A stretch of DNA of 32,834 bases from an uncultured Methanosarcinales archaeon (GTDB lineage: Archaea > Nanobdellota > Nanobdellia > Woesearchaeales > GW2011-AR9). Shown here one piece after another: positions 6,595-14,514 of the stretch. The DNA lies in contig CAZOPZ010000001.1 of NCBI GenBank assembly GCA_964582035.1, positions 27,879 to 60,712 of the forward strand. Direction: 5' to 3'. Position numbers and translations under genes: made by a program. Under the pieces are notes generated by a model. It was not told where the DNA came from and made no database searches. It saw only the letters and a program-made list of their open reading frames with translations. How positions within the stretch are numbered: position 1 is the first letter of the stretch; the number at the start of each line of letters is the position of its first letter.

Positions 6595-7401
6595 ATGAAA
6601 GCCATCATCATTGCGGGGGGACTGGGAACCCGGCTATACAAATACACCAAAGACGTCCCGAAAGGGATGCTTACTTTCTTGGGGAGATCACTTCTGCAGC
6701 ATCAGGTGGATTGTTTTAGAAGCTGCGGCATAAGCAACATTGTTATCGTGAGAAAACATCTTGCGGACAAAATAAGCATCAAAGGCGTACGCTACATCGA
6801 TGAGGACCCTGCTTTAGAAGGCAATATGGTTCGGGGCTTATTCCATGCCCGGGGGGAGTTCGACGATGACATTATCATGACATATGGCGATGTCATATTT
6901 GAAGATAAAGTCATCCAGGTAGTCATTAACGACCCCTGCAGCGTTGGCTGTGTTGTTGATTTGGATTGGCGGGATTATTGGATAGCTCGATCAGGAAGTG
7001 ATAAAGAGGATACGGAAAGCTTGGTTTTAGAGGGGAAAAAAATTATTTCTTTGGGAGTGCCAGATCCAGACCCTGAAAAAATAGATGGCCGGTATGTCGG
7101 AATAGTCAAATTCTCCAAATCGGCGTTCTCTCCGCTTGAAGTAATATTTGACCGGCAGAAAAAATTATTCTGGGATAAAGATGAAAAATGGTATCGATCG
7201 AAAAACTTCAAGAGAGCATATATGACAGACTTCCTGCAATGCCTCATTGATAATGCCGTTCCTGTAGAAGCCATACCAATCTCCCATGGTTGGCTGGAAT
7301 TTGACACGAACGAAGATTATGAACGAGCGGTAAAATGGGCAAAAGAAGGGACTTTACACAGGTTCTACAGGCCTTCAAATGCCTCCAGCTCCCTTTTCTG
7401 A
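6595..7401 (+). CDS. LicC/GlmU-N-type nucleotidylyltransferase (sugar-1-P or phospho-base; Cj1416-like candidate)
   Basis: 268 aa. MKAIIIAGGLGTRL...PKGML signature, YGDVIF, and a C-terminal WLEFDTNEDYERA as in LicC-type cytidylyltransferases. Confidence 0.8.
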   Translation: MKAIIIAGGLGTRLYKYTKDVPKGMLTFLGRSLLQHQVDCFRSCGISNIVIVRKHLADKISIKGVRYIDEDPALEGNMVRGLFHARGEFDDDIIMTYGDVIFEDKVIQVVINDPCSVGCVVDLDWRDYWIARSGSDKEDTESLVLEGKKIISLGVPDPDPEKIDGRYVGIVKFSKSAFSPLEVIFDRQKKLFWDKDEKWYRSKNFKRAYMTDFLQCLIDNAVPVEAIPISHGWLEFDTNEDYERAVKWAKEGTLHRFYRPSNASSSLF

Positions 7402-8747
7402 TACCCTATCGCCAAAGTTCTTAACACAGGATGAATGGCATAGTATATTTCGCCCCCGGCGTTCTGTCGTTCTCCGCAGAGAGCGCCTTGCTGGGCCAAA
7501 GCCCCGGCGATATCAGCTAGGACTTGCGAGCGGATATAGGGGTCGTAGATCCGGCTAAAATCGACGTCGGCTGCTGGTGGGGGGAAATCACGAGAGGTGA
7601 TAATATCCCCCGCATCAATCTGAGGGGTCATAAAAAAACCTGTTGCTGTGCACTGCGCTTCAGAAAGAAAGCTATAGATAAACGTCGTGCTTCCACGGAA
7701 CTCCGGTAATCTCCCTGGGTGGACATGAATAAGCTTTTTTCCCGTCGAAAGAATGTCTTTTTTCAGTATGCCAGAGCCGCTAAATATGAAATATTCCTCA
7801 GCTGCTTGCCGCAAAGCGCTAATGACTTGAGCTTCGTTAAACCCTTGGGCGGGTATCAATTTGTAGGGAATATTCTCTTGGCGTACCGTTTCAATAAAAG
7901 ACTTTCCGGGATCAAAATATCTTTTTTCTCCAAGAATTGTCTCCAAACCTCCCTCGACCGAGGTTTTGTCTTCCAAGATAATCGCGGCGTGCGGCTTGTA
8001 GCCCGCCTGCAGCAGCCCTTGAATGTATGCTCTGGCCCGAATCTTGTCTTGCACGATCATCCCCAGATCCTCTATTGTTCTTTTGTCAACTGTTATTTTA
8101 TCGACTGCCAATGGGGACTGCGGCAATAAGCGTTGCGTAAGGGGCCGCTCTTTCAGATTACCATAGAGCCCGCGGATAGCATCGAGCTCGCTACTCAGGA
8201 CGGAAGAGAACACCAGAGCATAAGCATTATCTACCTCTTCAGCGCGGGAGATAATCTTATCATTGACTTTCAGTAAAGTGCTTAATGATTGCAGGCTATT
8301 GGTTGAGCAATAATGGCTGCTTAAAGCTCTCGCGAGACGGAGATAATGCTCAAGGTCAGCGTCAGCAGCACTGCAAACAGAAAGATTCTGGCCGCTGTAG
8401 GCATTCCTTACTTTCTGTAGCTCTGCTTTTCTGCGCAACTTTTTTAACAAAGTTTCATCCCCCCCAAATACGGCATCTAGGAGCTGAGAAGTGGCAATCT
8501 CCCCCGGACCGAGCTCTGCCCGCCCTGCGAGATGGTGCTGCGCTGGAACTCCGGCTGAAGATTGGTTTAAAAGAGGTCTTAAGTTCGCTAAAGCTTGTCT
8601 TCTTGTTTGAAGATAATCCCTGATAAATTCGTTCCCTTGGTATTCTACAAAAGGATAAGGCACCGATAGCCGCTGTTGTTCTGGAGTAGCATAAAAATAC
8701 AAAGGGGGCATGAGAAAAGACATAAGAAAGCTTCTTCTCAGGAGCAT
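7365..8747 (-). CDS. two-domain protein with an unknown N-terminal region of about 250 aa and a formyltransferase-fold C-terminal domain
   Basis: The C-terminal KLIHVHPGRLPEFRG...MTPQIDAGDII matches the Formyl_trans_N core (xINxHxSLLPxxRG...D). I take the start at Met63 of the track ORF (8747). The longer 8933 start would overlap the divergent GT4 gene. ATGs at 8723 and 8711 are alternative starts. Confidence 0.55.
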   Translation of the reverse strand: MLLRRSFLMSFLMPPLYFYATPEQQRLSVPYPFVEYQGNEFIRDYLQTRRQALANLRPLLNQSSAGVPAQHHLAGRAELGPGEIATSQLLDAVFGGDETLLKKLRRKAELQKVRNAYSGQNLSVCSAADADLEHYLRLARALSSHYCSTNSLQSLSTLLKVNDKIISRAEEVDNAYALVFSSVLSSELDAIRGLYGNLKERPLTQRLLPQSPLAVDKITVDKRTIEDLGMIVQDKIRARAYIQGLLQAGYKPHAAIILEDKTSVEGGLETILGEKRYFDPGKSFIETVRQENIPYKLIPAQGFNEAQVISALRQAAEEYFIFSGSGILKKDILSTGKKLIHVHPGRLPEFRGSTTFIYSFLSEAQCTATGFFMTPQIDAGDIITSRDFPPPAADVDFSRIYDPYIRSQVLADIAGALAQQGALCGERQNAGGEIYYAIHPVLRTLAIGYQKRELEAFEGL

Positions 8748-8795
8748 TATAAATCTTCGTGAACTGTTGTCCAGACTATCATTTCTTCGATAAGA

Positions 8796-8803
8796 TTTAA
8801 ATA
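8796..8803 (+). promoter_or_regulatory. TATA-like box (TTTAAATA) 29 nt upstream of GTG 8825
   Basis: A/T-only octamer in the 77-nt divergent intergenic region. Confidence 0.3.
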
Positions 8804-8824
8804 AGCTCTTTCTGCCCACCGCTC

Positions 8825-9985
8825 GTGAACATCGCACTGGTCGCGCCCGGATTTCTCCTGAACAGAAAAGAGGCCACATGGATAACGCTGGTTGAATTGG
8901 CAAAAAGATACCAATCTCTGGGGAATCGGGCATTTATCATTGCCCGAAAACACGCCTCTCAGCCACAAATAGAGAGCGTTGGAGGAGTTAAAGTTTATCG
9001 CTTTTATTCGGGGAAATACGGAACCCAATTATTCAATGCAGGGTGGAGCCTTAAGCTCCTGAAAAAAAAAGAAAAACTCGGCCAGCTCCTGGTTCATGGT
9101 TTCGGTTCAAGCTCTTTTTTTGCGTTCAGTACGTTCCTCGCCGGTAAAGCGGTGAAAGCGCCAACAGTTTACACGATAAAATCGCAGCCAAAAAAAGATT
9201 GGATTGATCGGCTGTTCTGCCCCAGCTTGAGAATGGTAAACACCATTACCGTCCCCACGGAGGTTATGAAAAATAGGATTGTAGCCACTTGCCCGCCCGA
9301 AAGGATCAGAGTGATTCATTCGAATATCGACACGGCAAAATTCAAGCCGCGTGACCGACAGTGTCTCAAAGAGAAATATGGCTTAGCAGATAAACAGCTT
9401 ATTCTGTACTACGGGGCCATTCGGAAAGAAAAAGGGGTCGACTGCCTTTTGCAGGCCATGCCGGAGGTGCTAAAGCAATTCCCCCGTGCTCTTTTTTTCT
9501 TGGCCATCCGCTCCAAAGCCTTAGCAGCGCGGGAAAAATATTGGTCTTTCGTAAAAAAGATGGGATGTGAAAAAAAATGCATTATTACCGTAGAGGATCT
9601 CCCGATCGAAGAATATGTGAGCATGGCGGACCTAGTGGCGTTAGCATACCCGACCATGGCAGGAACTGAAGGAAACCCCTCCTGCCTTTTGGAAGCAATG
9701 GCCAGCAAGACGCCGGTAATAACAACCAATCTGCCAGAATTAAGAGAGATAGTCGTGCCGGATGAAGAAGTCTTAATGGCGCAGCCGGGGGATGCACATT
9801 CTCTGGCAGAAAAAATAAGCCAGTTGCTTACTGATAGTTTACTCCAGAAAAAAATGGTCGAAAATGCTTTCATGAAATCCCAACAGTTTAGTACGGAGAT
9901 TATTGCCGATCAATTTCTGAAGCTGTATGAGAAGCTGTTGAGAAAATGGGAGGGTGTTGGGGAAGATACCGGCAGACGATCGTGA
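8825..9985 (+). CDS. GT4-family (Glycos_transf_1, GT-B) glycosyltransferase
   Basis: 386 aa with a GTG start. The C-terminal EGNPSCLLEAMASKTPVITTNLPELREIV is the EX7E-type retaining GT-B signature. Confidence 0.85.
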   Translation: MNIALVAPGFLLNRKEATWITLVELAKRYQSLGNRAFIIARKHASQPQIESVGGVKVYRFYSGKYGTQLFNAGWSLKLLKKKEKLGQLLVHGFGSSSFFAFSTFLAGKAVKAPTVYTIKSQPKKDWIDRLFCPSLRMVNTITVPTEVMKNRIVATCPPERIRVIHSNIDTAKFKPRDRQCLKEKYGLADKQLILYYGAIRKEKGVDCLLQAMPEVLKQFPRALFFLAIRSKALAAREKYWSFVKKMGCEKKCIITVEDLPIEEYVSMADLVALAYPTMAGTEGNPSCLLEAMASKTPVITTNLPELREIVVPDEEVLMAQPGDAHSLAEKISQLLTDSLLQKKMVENAFMKSQQFSTEIIADQFLKLYEKLLRKWEGVGEDTGRRS

Positions 9986-10002
9986 AATAAGCTGAAGCGT
10001 TG

Positions 10003-11496
10003 TTATTTTTTTCGAAGCACCATGGAAGAATACTGCCGTATCTCTTTAAATCGAAGAAGCCCGAAGAGGTAGGCCAATACTCCGTAAACCACCAGGCTGC
10101 CTCCCGCAGAAATAAGCATCTCGAATACCACTGGAAAATGCAGCAACTCTTCTATAATTGAAACAGTCCCAAAAAAAGAGAGAGATAGCGGGAGGAGAAG
10201 AAGCCACTCTTTCCAGGGATAGGGGGAACGAAGATACCGGGAAACATGGTATGTAGACAGAATAAACATCAAGACGTAACTGCCAACGGTAGCTAAAGCT
10301 GCTCCCCGCAGGCCCAGGCGGGGAATGAAGAGAAAATTGAACAGAATATTGAATAAAGCGGCTAAGAGAATTATTACAGTGACAGTTTTGGGCTTGCCAA
10401 TCCCTGCGATGAGGACGGTGTTTGTGGAAGCGACCACATAGAAAAGCATACCGACCATGAGCAGCTGTAAAATGGGGTAACCAGCAGCATACTCTTCACC
10501 AAATAAAGCCCGCACCAAAAATTGAGCATAGTATATGACAGTAAGGATAACCGGAGTAACAAAGAGAAAGACATAGCGATGCAGAATAGTTATCCCCATT
10601 GATAGGCGAAAAGTATCTTTCTTCACCCACAATTCGCAGGAAAGAGGGAATAACACTGCCCCAATTGCTTTGCTAAACAAAGAGAAAATAAGCGCCGACG
10701 GCAAAATGACATTGTAAATTCCCACGTCGCTAAGGCTAACAAAATACGTCAACATAAGGGTATCAACATACCCAATAATCTGGCCGCCAATATCCGTCAA
10801 AATGACGGGTATGCCAAAAGAAAAAAGATTTTTTGTTATCCCCACAAAATTTTCGGCTTTCTGCTTAATGAGGGGCCTGCCTATTCTGAGGAGAAACGGA
10901 GAATAGATTAAGAAGAGCAGGGGGCTTACTAAAACAAAAGCTATTACGGGAGCAAAAACCCAAAAATTCAGTTTTAAAAAGACTAAGATCAGAATAAGAA
11001 CGATCACATTCTTCAAAAATTCCACAGAAGAATAAAGAAACATTCTTTGGAACCCCTGAAAAATTTGCTTGGTGATGATAAATAGGATGCTAAGCAGCAC
11101 ATAAAGAACTAAGATTTTCAAGATGAGAGAGGCCAGAGGATTCTTAAAATAATGCTCTCCAAGATAGCCAGCTAAGAGGAAAAAAAACATGCCAAAAATT
11201 ATTGAACTGCTCAGTTGCATGGAAAAGACAGATAAAATTGCCGTCTTTATCTGGCCATATCTCTGCAATGCTCTAAACTCTGAAATATATTTCACCAAAG
11301 CTTGGCCTAAGCCGAGGTCTCTAAAGAACAGGAAAAAAATGATGAAAGTAAATACAGCATAAAAGAGCCCATACTCTTCCGGCTGAAGTCTCCTCGCCAA
11401 GACTATACGGGTGATGTAAGCAGTTACGGCAGCAAGGAAGCCAAAAACAAAAGCTGTGCTTACCCCCCGAACGGCTTTCTGTGTATAGCTGACCAC
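10003..11496 (-). CDS. MOP/Wzx-type oligosaccharide (polysaccharide) flippase
   Basis: 497 aa with about 12-14 hydrophobic segments. The N-terminus VRGVSTAFVFGFL...ARRLQPEEYGLFYAV...LGLGQALVKYISE is typical of the polysaccharide biosynthesis protein family. Confidence 0.8.
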   Translation of the reverse strand: MVSYTQKAVRGVSTAFVFGFLAAVTAYITRIVLARRLQPEEYGLFYAVFTFIIFFLFFRDLGLGQALVKYISEFRALQRYGQIKTAILSVFSMQLSSSIIFGMFFFLLAGYLGEHYFKNPLASLILKILVLYVLLSILFIITKQIFQGFQRMFLYSSVEFLKNVIVLILILVFLKLNFWVFAPVIAFVLVSPLLFLIYSPFLLRIGRPLIKQKAENFVGITKNLFSFGIPVILTDIGGQIIGYVDTLMLTYFVSLSDVGIYNVILPSALIFSLFSKAIGAVLFPLSCELWVKKDTFRLSMGITILHRYVFLFVTPVILTVIYYAQFLVRALFGEEYAAGYPILQLLMVGMLFYVVASTNTVLIAGIGKPKTVTVIILLAALFNILFNFLFIPRLGLRGAALATVGSYVLMFILSTYHVSRYLRSPYPWKEWLLLLPLSLSFFGTVSIIEELLHFPVVFEMLISAGGSLVVYGVLAYLFGLLRFKEIRQYSSMVLRKK

Positions 11497-11518
11497 CCGC
11501 CAACCAGTAAGAAGAACG

Positions 11519-11528
11519 TTTTTAAAAG
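11519..11528 (-). promoter_or_regulatory. TATA-like box (TTTTTAAAAG on the plus strand) centred about 28 nt upstream of the flippase ATG (11496)
   Basis: A/T-rich 10-mer at the archaeal TATA distance. Confidence 0.3.
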
Positions 11529-11645
11529 TAATGATTCTTGGCTCCCCTCTGGCATTTTGACAACCCTCCGCGCAGAACAGCGGCAGGGTTTATCTTTTAC
11601 GACTTTAAGACCATATTGGGGATTCACCAGCTAAACACCCATACC

Positions 11646-11655
11646 TTTTTAAAAA
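11646..11655 (+). promoter_or_regulatory. TATA-like box (TTTTTAAAAA) centred about 28 nt upstream of GTG 11679
   Basis: A/T-only 10-mer. It supports the internal GTG start of the GT2 gene. Confidence 0.3.
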
Positions 11656-11678
11656 GTAGTAATCGCCGGAAAGATAAA

Positions 11679-12437
11679 GTGAACAAAACTACAGTCGGAC
11701 CTCATCTCGACATAAGTGTCGTTACAATTACCTATAACGAACGGGAGAACATCCGCGAAGTTATTGTCATTGTGAACAAAATTTTTCAGAACCATAGCCT
11801 GGTCGGGGAGATTATTGTGGTTGATGACAGTTCTCCCGACGGAACTGCAGACGTAGTTTTGGAACTAAAGAAAGAGTACCCAAATACTACTCTGCTAAAG
11901 AGGCCGGCAAAAATGGGTGTAGGAAGCGCCTATCGGGATGGCCTGGCCCTTGCTAAAGGGGAGATAGTCATCCCTTTGGACGCCGATTTAAGCCATTCGC
12001 CGGAAGTTATCCCGGAAATGTGCCGCATTGCCAAAGAAGGGAAGATTGGGTGGGGATCGCGGTACTTAGGAAACACCCGTTTTGAGACCGACTTTCCTCA
12101 CAAAGTAGGAACTTTTCTCTTGAATCGCTGGGTAAGCACAGTCCTAAACACTAAAGTTCTGGACAACAGCATGGGATATTTTGCGATGAAGAGGGAGCTC
12201 CTCAATCGCCTCCTTAATCACGGAAAAGAAAAAAATATTTATCCTTTTGGCCGCATTTTATACGGAATACCCCTCGCAGCCTTAGCTCAACAACTCCAAA
12301 TCCCCATCACAGAAGTAAAGACTCATTATAACCGCCGAAAATATGGGAAGACAAAAATTCCATTTCTCCGGGGGCTAAAAACGGTATTGGGGGATATGGG
12401 CTATGCTTTGGAGCTTCGCAACAGGCTTCGCCGATAA
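11679..12437 (+). CDS. GT2 polyprenol-phosphate hexosyltransferase (Dol-P-Man/Glc synthase-like), soluble type
   Basis: ISVVTITYNERENI...IIVVDDSSPDGT...PLDADLSH has the GT-A DxD pattern. The track ORF begins at TTG 11538, but its first 47 aa are low-complexity and non-homologous. I prefer GTG 11679, which has a TATA-like box at about -28. Confidence 0.8.
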   Translation: MNKTTVGPHLDISVVTITYNERENIREVIVIVNKIFQNHSLVGEIIVVDDSSPDGTADVVLELKKEYPNTTLLKRPAKMGVGSAYRDGLALAKGEIVIPLDADLSHSPEVIPEMCRIAKEGKIGWGSRYLGNTRFETDFPHKVGTFLLNRWVSTVLNTKVLDNSMGYFAMKRELLNRLLNHGKEKNIYPFGRILYGIPLAALAQQLQIPITEVKTHYNRRKYGKTKIPFLRGLKTVLGDMGYALELRNRLRR

Positions 12438-12447
12438 TTGTCAAAAA

Positions 12448-13176
12448 ATGGCTGATTCTCGGCCGTTTTACGATAGGATCTGGGCTTCGCAAGAAGCGGC
12501 GAAGAAAGAGGAGCGGATGCTGTTTCTGCGCCAACAAGCGATTGAACACTCGTACTCCCTCCTGGGAGACCTCCGCAATAAGACCCTCCTCGAGATTGGC
12601 AGCGGGTCTGGAAAACAAGCTGTCTTCTTTGCAAAGCAAGGCGCGAAAGTAAGTGTTGTGGACATTTCCTCAGAGAGCCTAAAAGCGGTTTTGCGGATGG
12701 CAGAAAAGCAGGATGTAGCTGTTCAGAGCTATCAGATGAACGCTGAAAAAATGGGCTTTGAAGATGAAACGTTTGACCGAGTGTATATAAATTCAGTATT
12801 AATGCACGTAGAGCAGGAAAAAGTGTTACAAGAGTGCTCTCGAGTATTAAAGCCCGGCGGAAAGGTGATCATCGTGGAGCCTCTTCGCTATGCTCCTTTT
12901 GTTCAAATTTATCGCTTTCTGTCCTCATACCGCAAGATGTGCCCTCACTATGCTACCCCGAAGATGTTTACGAAAAATAGCCTTTTTTTTACAACGTTCT
13001 CCCATGAAGAATTTTATTCTCTCTCTTCAGCCTTGCTTCCGATGGGGTATAGTACAATTCCTCTCCTCAAGAAGATGTATACCTTAACAAGCAAAGCTGA
13101 CCGGGCGCTTCTTAAGAGAATCCCTTTTTTAAAAAAACTGTGCTGGATTTCTGTGGTTTGTTATACGAAGTTATGA
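12448..13176 (+). CDS. class I SAM-dependent methyltransferase
   Basis: LLEIGSGSGKQAVFFAKQGAKVSVVDIS (motif I) and VLKPGGKVIIVEP. I prefer ATG 12448 (MADSRPFY...), which lies just after the upstream stop at 12437. The track start at 12403 overlaps the upstream gene. Confidence 0.8.
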   Translation: MADSRPFYDRIWASQEAAKKEERMLFLRQQAIEHSYSLLGDLRNKTLLEIGSGSGKQAVFFAKQGAKVSVVDISSESLKAVLRMAEKQDVAVQSYQMNAEKMGFEDETFDRVYINSVLMHVEQEKVLQECSRVLKPGGKVIIVEPLRYAPFVQIYRFLSSYRKMCPHYATPKMFTKNSLFFTTFSHEEFYSLSSALLPMGYSTIPLLKKMYTLTSKADRALLKRIPFLKKLCWISVVCYTKL

Positions 13177-13210
13177 AAATACGAGACAGAGTCCAAAGAT
13201 AAATAAAACA

Positions 13211-13217
13211 TTTAAAG
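13211..13217 (+). promoter_or_regulatory. TATA-like box (TTTAAAG) 28 nt upstream of ATG 13239
   Basis: A/T-rich heptamer at the archaeal TATA distance. Confidence 0.3.
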
Positions 13218-13238
13218 GCTAGTTGATTTTAAGCAGAG

Positions 13239-14387
13239 ATGAAGGCATATAAGTACTTTCTCAATGAGCCATCGCTTGATGATACAGAGCTGCTTTATGT
13301 GACTCGGGTGCTTCAGCAGGGATGGCTTTCTGCGGGGGGGGAGTTTACCAAAAAGTTCGAAGAAGCATTTGCCCGCCTCATCGGAACGCAGCATGCTTTG
13401 GCGGTCCAGTCAGGAACAGCTGCTCTTCATACAGCATTGTTGGCGATGGGAGTCGGTCCTGGAGACAAAGTAGTAATCCCAAACTATACCTGCGGTGCCT
13501 GCGTCGCTTCAGTTTTACAAGCAGGGGCCGAGCCCGTCATCATTGACATAGAGCCAAAAACTTTTGGTATGGATGTACGCCGTCTAGAAGAAGTTCTTTC
13601 TACAGATAGCATTAAGGCAGTTATGATTGTCCACGTCTATGGATTCCCCGTGCAAAATTTTGAGAAAATCGTTGCGCTCTGCCAGGAACACCACGCATTG
13701 CTGTTGGAAGATGCCAGCGAAGCGCACGGAGCAACCTATCAAGGAAAGACCATCGGATCATTTGGAGACGTTGCCGTTTTTTCTATTCGGAGCGAAAAAA
13801 TGATCGGCGTAGGAGAAGGCGGCTTGGTGCTAACGAACAATCAACATTTTTTTGAAAAAGCCCTGTTTTATGCTTCCCGAGCAGCTCCGAAACGAGGGGA
13901 GAAAGACCCCTGGTGGCATAAATACATTTATACCGACGTAGGAATGAACTATCGGCTTCCGCATGTGCTAGGAGCTATCGGCTTGGCGCAGATAGAAAAA
14001 TTCCCTTTCTTGCTGCAGAAAAAGAGATTCATCGCAGAGAGATATCGGGAATTACTGCAAGAGATTCCGGAAGTGCGTGTACAGGAAATTGCGCCATACT
14101 CCCACCCCTGCTACTGGTTGAATTGCATTCTCATTGACAAACCAGAAGAAATGGTACGGAAGATTGGCGAAGAACTGATGCAGCAGGCCATTGAGATCAG
14201 GCCCGCATTCTGGCCTTTGTCCGACTTGCCTGCATTTAAAAAATACGCACGGGGCAGCCAAGAGAACGGAATCGCTTTGTTCAAATCGATGATTGTCTTA
14301 CCTTCTTCCATCAAGTTGGCGGAACAGAATGGGCAAGGAATAGAAGAGATAGTAAAAATTCTCTCTAGAGTCATAAACACCATTTGA
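13239..14387 (+). CDS. DegT/DnrJ/EryC1/StrS PLP aminotransferase, GDP-perosamine-synthase-like
   Basis: 382 aa. EPSLDDTELLYVTRVLQQGWLSAGGEFTKKFEEAFA, SGTAALHTALLA, SIRSEKMIGVGEGG (PLP Lys) and IEIRPAFWPLSDLPAFKKY resemble Per/RfbE. The gene lies directly upstream of gmd. Confidence 0.75.
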   Translation: MKAYKYFLNEPSLDDTELLYVTRVLQQGWLSAGGEFTKKFEEAFARLIGTQHALAVQSGTAALHTALLAMGVGPGDKVVIPNYTCGACVASVLQAGAEPVIIDIEPKTFGMDVRRLEEVLSTDSIKAVMIVHVYGFPVQNFEKIVALCQEHHALLLEDASEAHGATYQGKTIGSFGDVAVFSIRSEKMIGVGEGGLVLTNNQHFFEKALFYASRAAPKRGEKDPWWHKYIYTDVGMNYRLPHVLGAIGLAQIEKFPFLLQKKRFIAERYRELLQEIPEVRVQEIAPYSHPCYWLNCILIDKPEEMVRKIGEELMQQAIEIRPAFWPLSDLPAFKKYARGSQENGIALFKSMIVLPSSIKLAEQNGQGIEEIVKILSRVINTI

Positions 14388-14514
14388 GGAGCTGGTAGAA
14401 CAAGGGGAGCGGGGTTTGTCTTTACTGGAGAATAGAAAAGCTTTTAATGGCCAGCTCGGCATACCCCTACCAACTGGCAAAGAAACGTGCTCATGAAGAT
14501 AAAGTGGAGATACC

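Noticed and set aside
7719-8623. Plus-strand ORFs 7719-8129 and 8285-8623 inside the formyltransferase-fold gene
   Set aside because: They are antisense to the minus-strand CDS, which carries the recognisable Formyl_trans_N motif. They have no domain signatures.
8748-8933. N-terminal 62-aa extension of the track ORF 7365-8933
   Set aside because: It would overlap the divergent GT4 gene (GTG 8825) and consume its promoter region. The extension is Arg/Ser/Pro-rich with no homology pattern, so an internal Met (8747, or 8723/8711) is more plausible.
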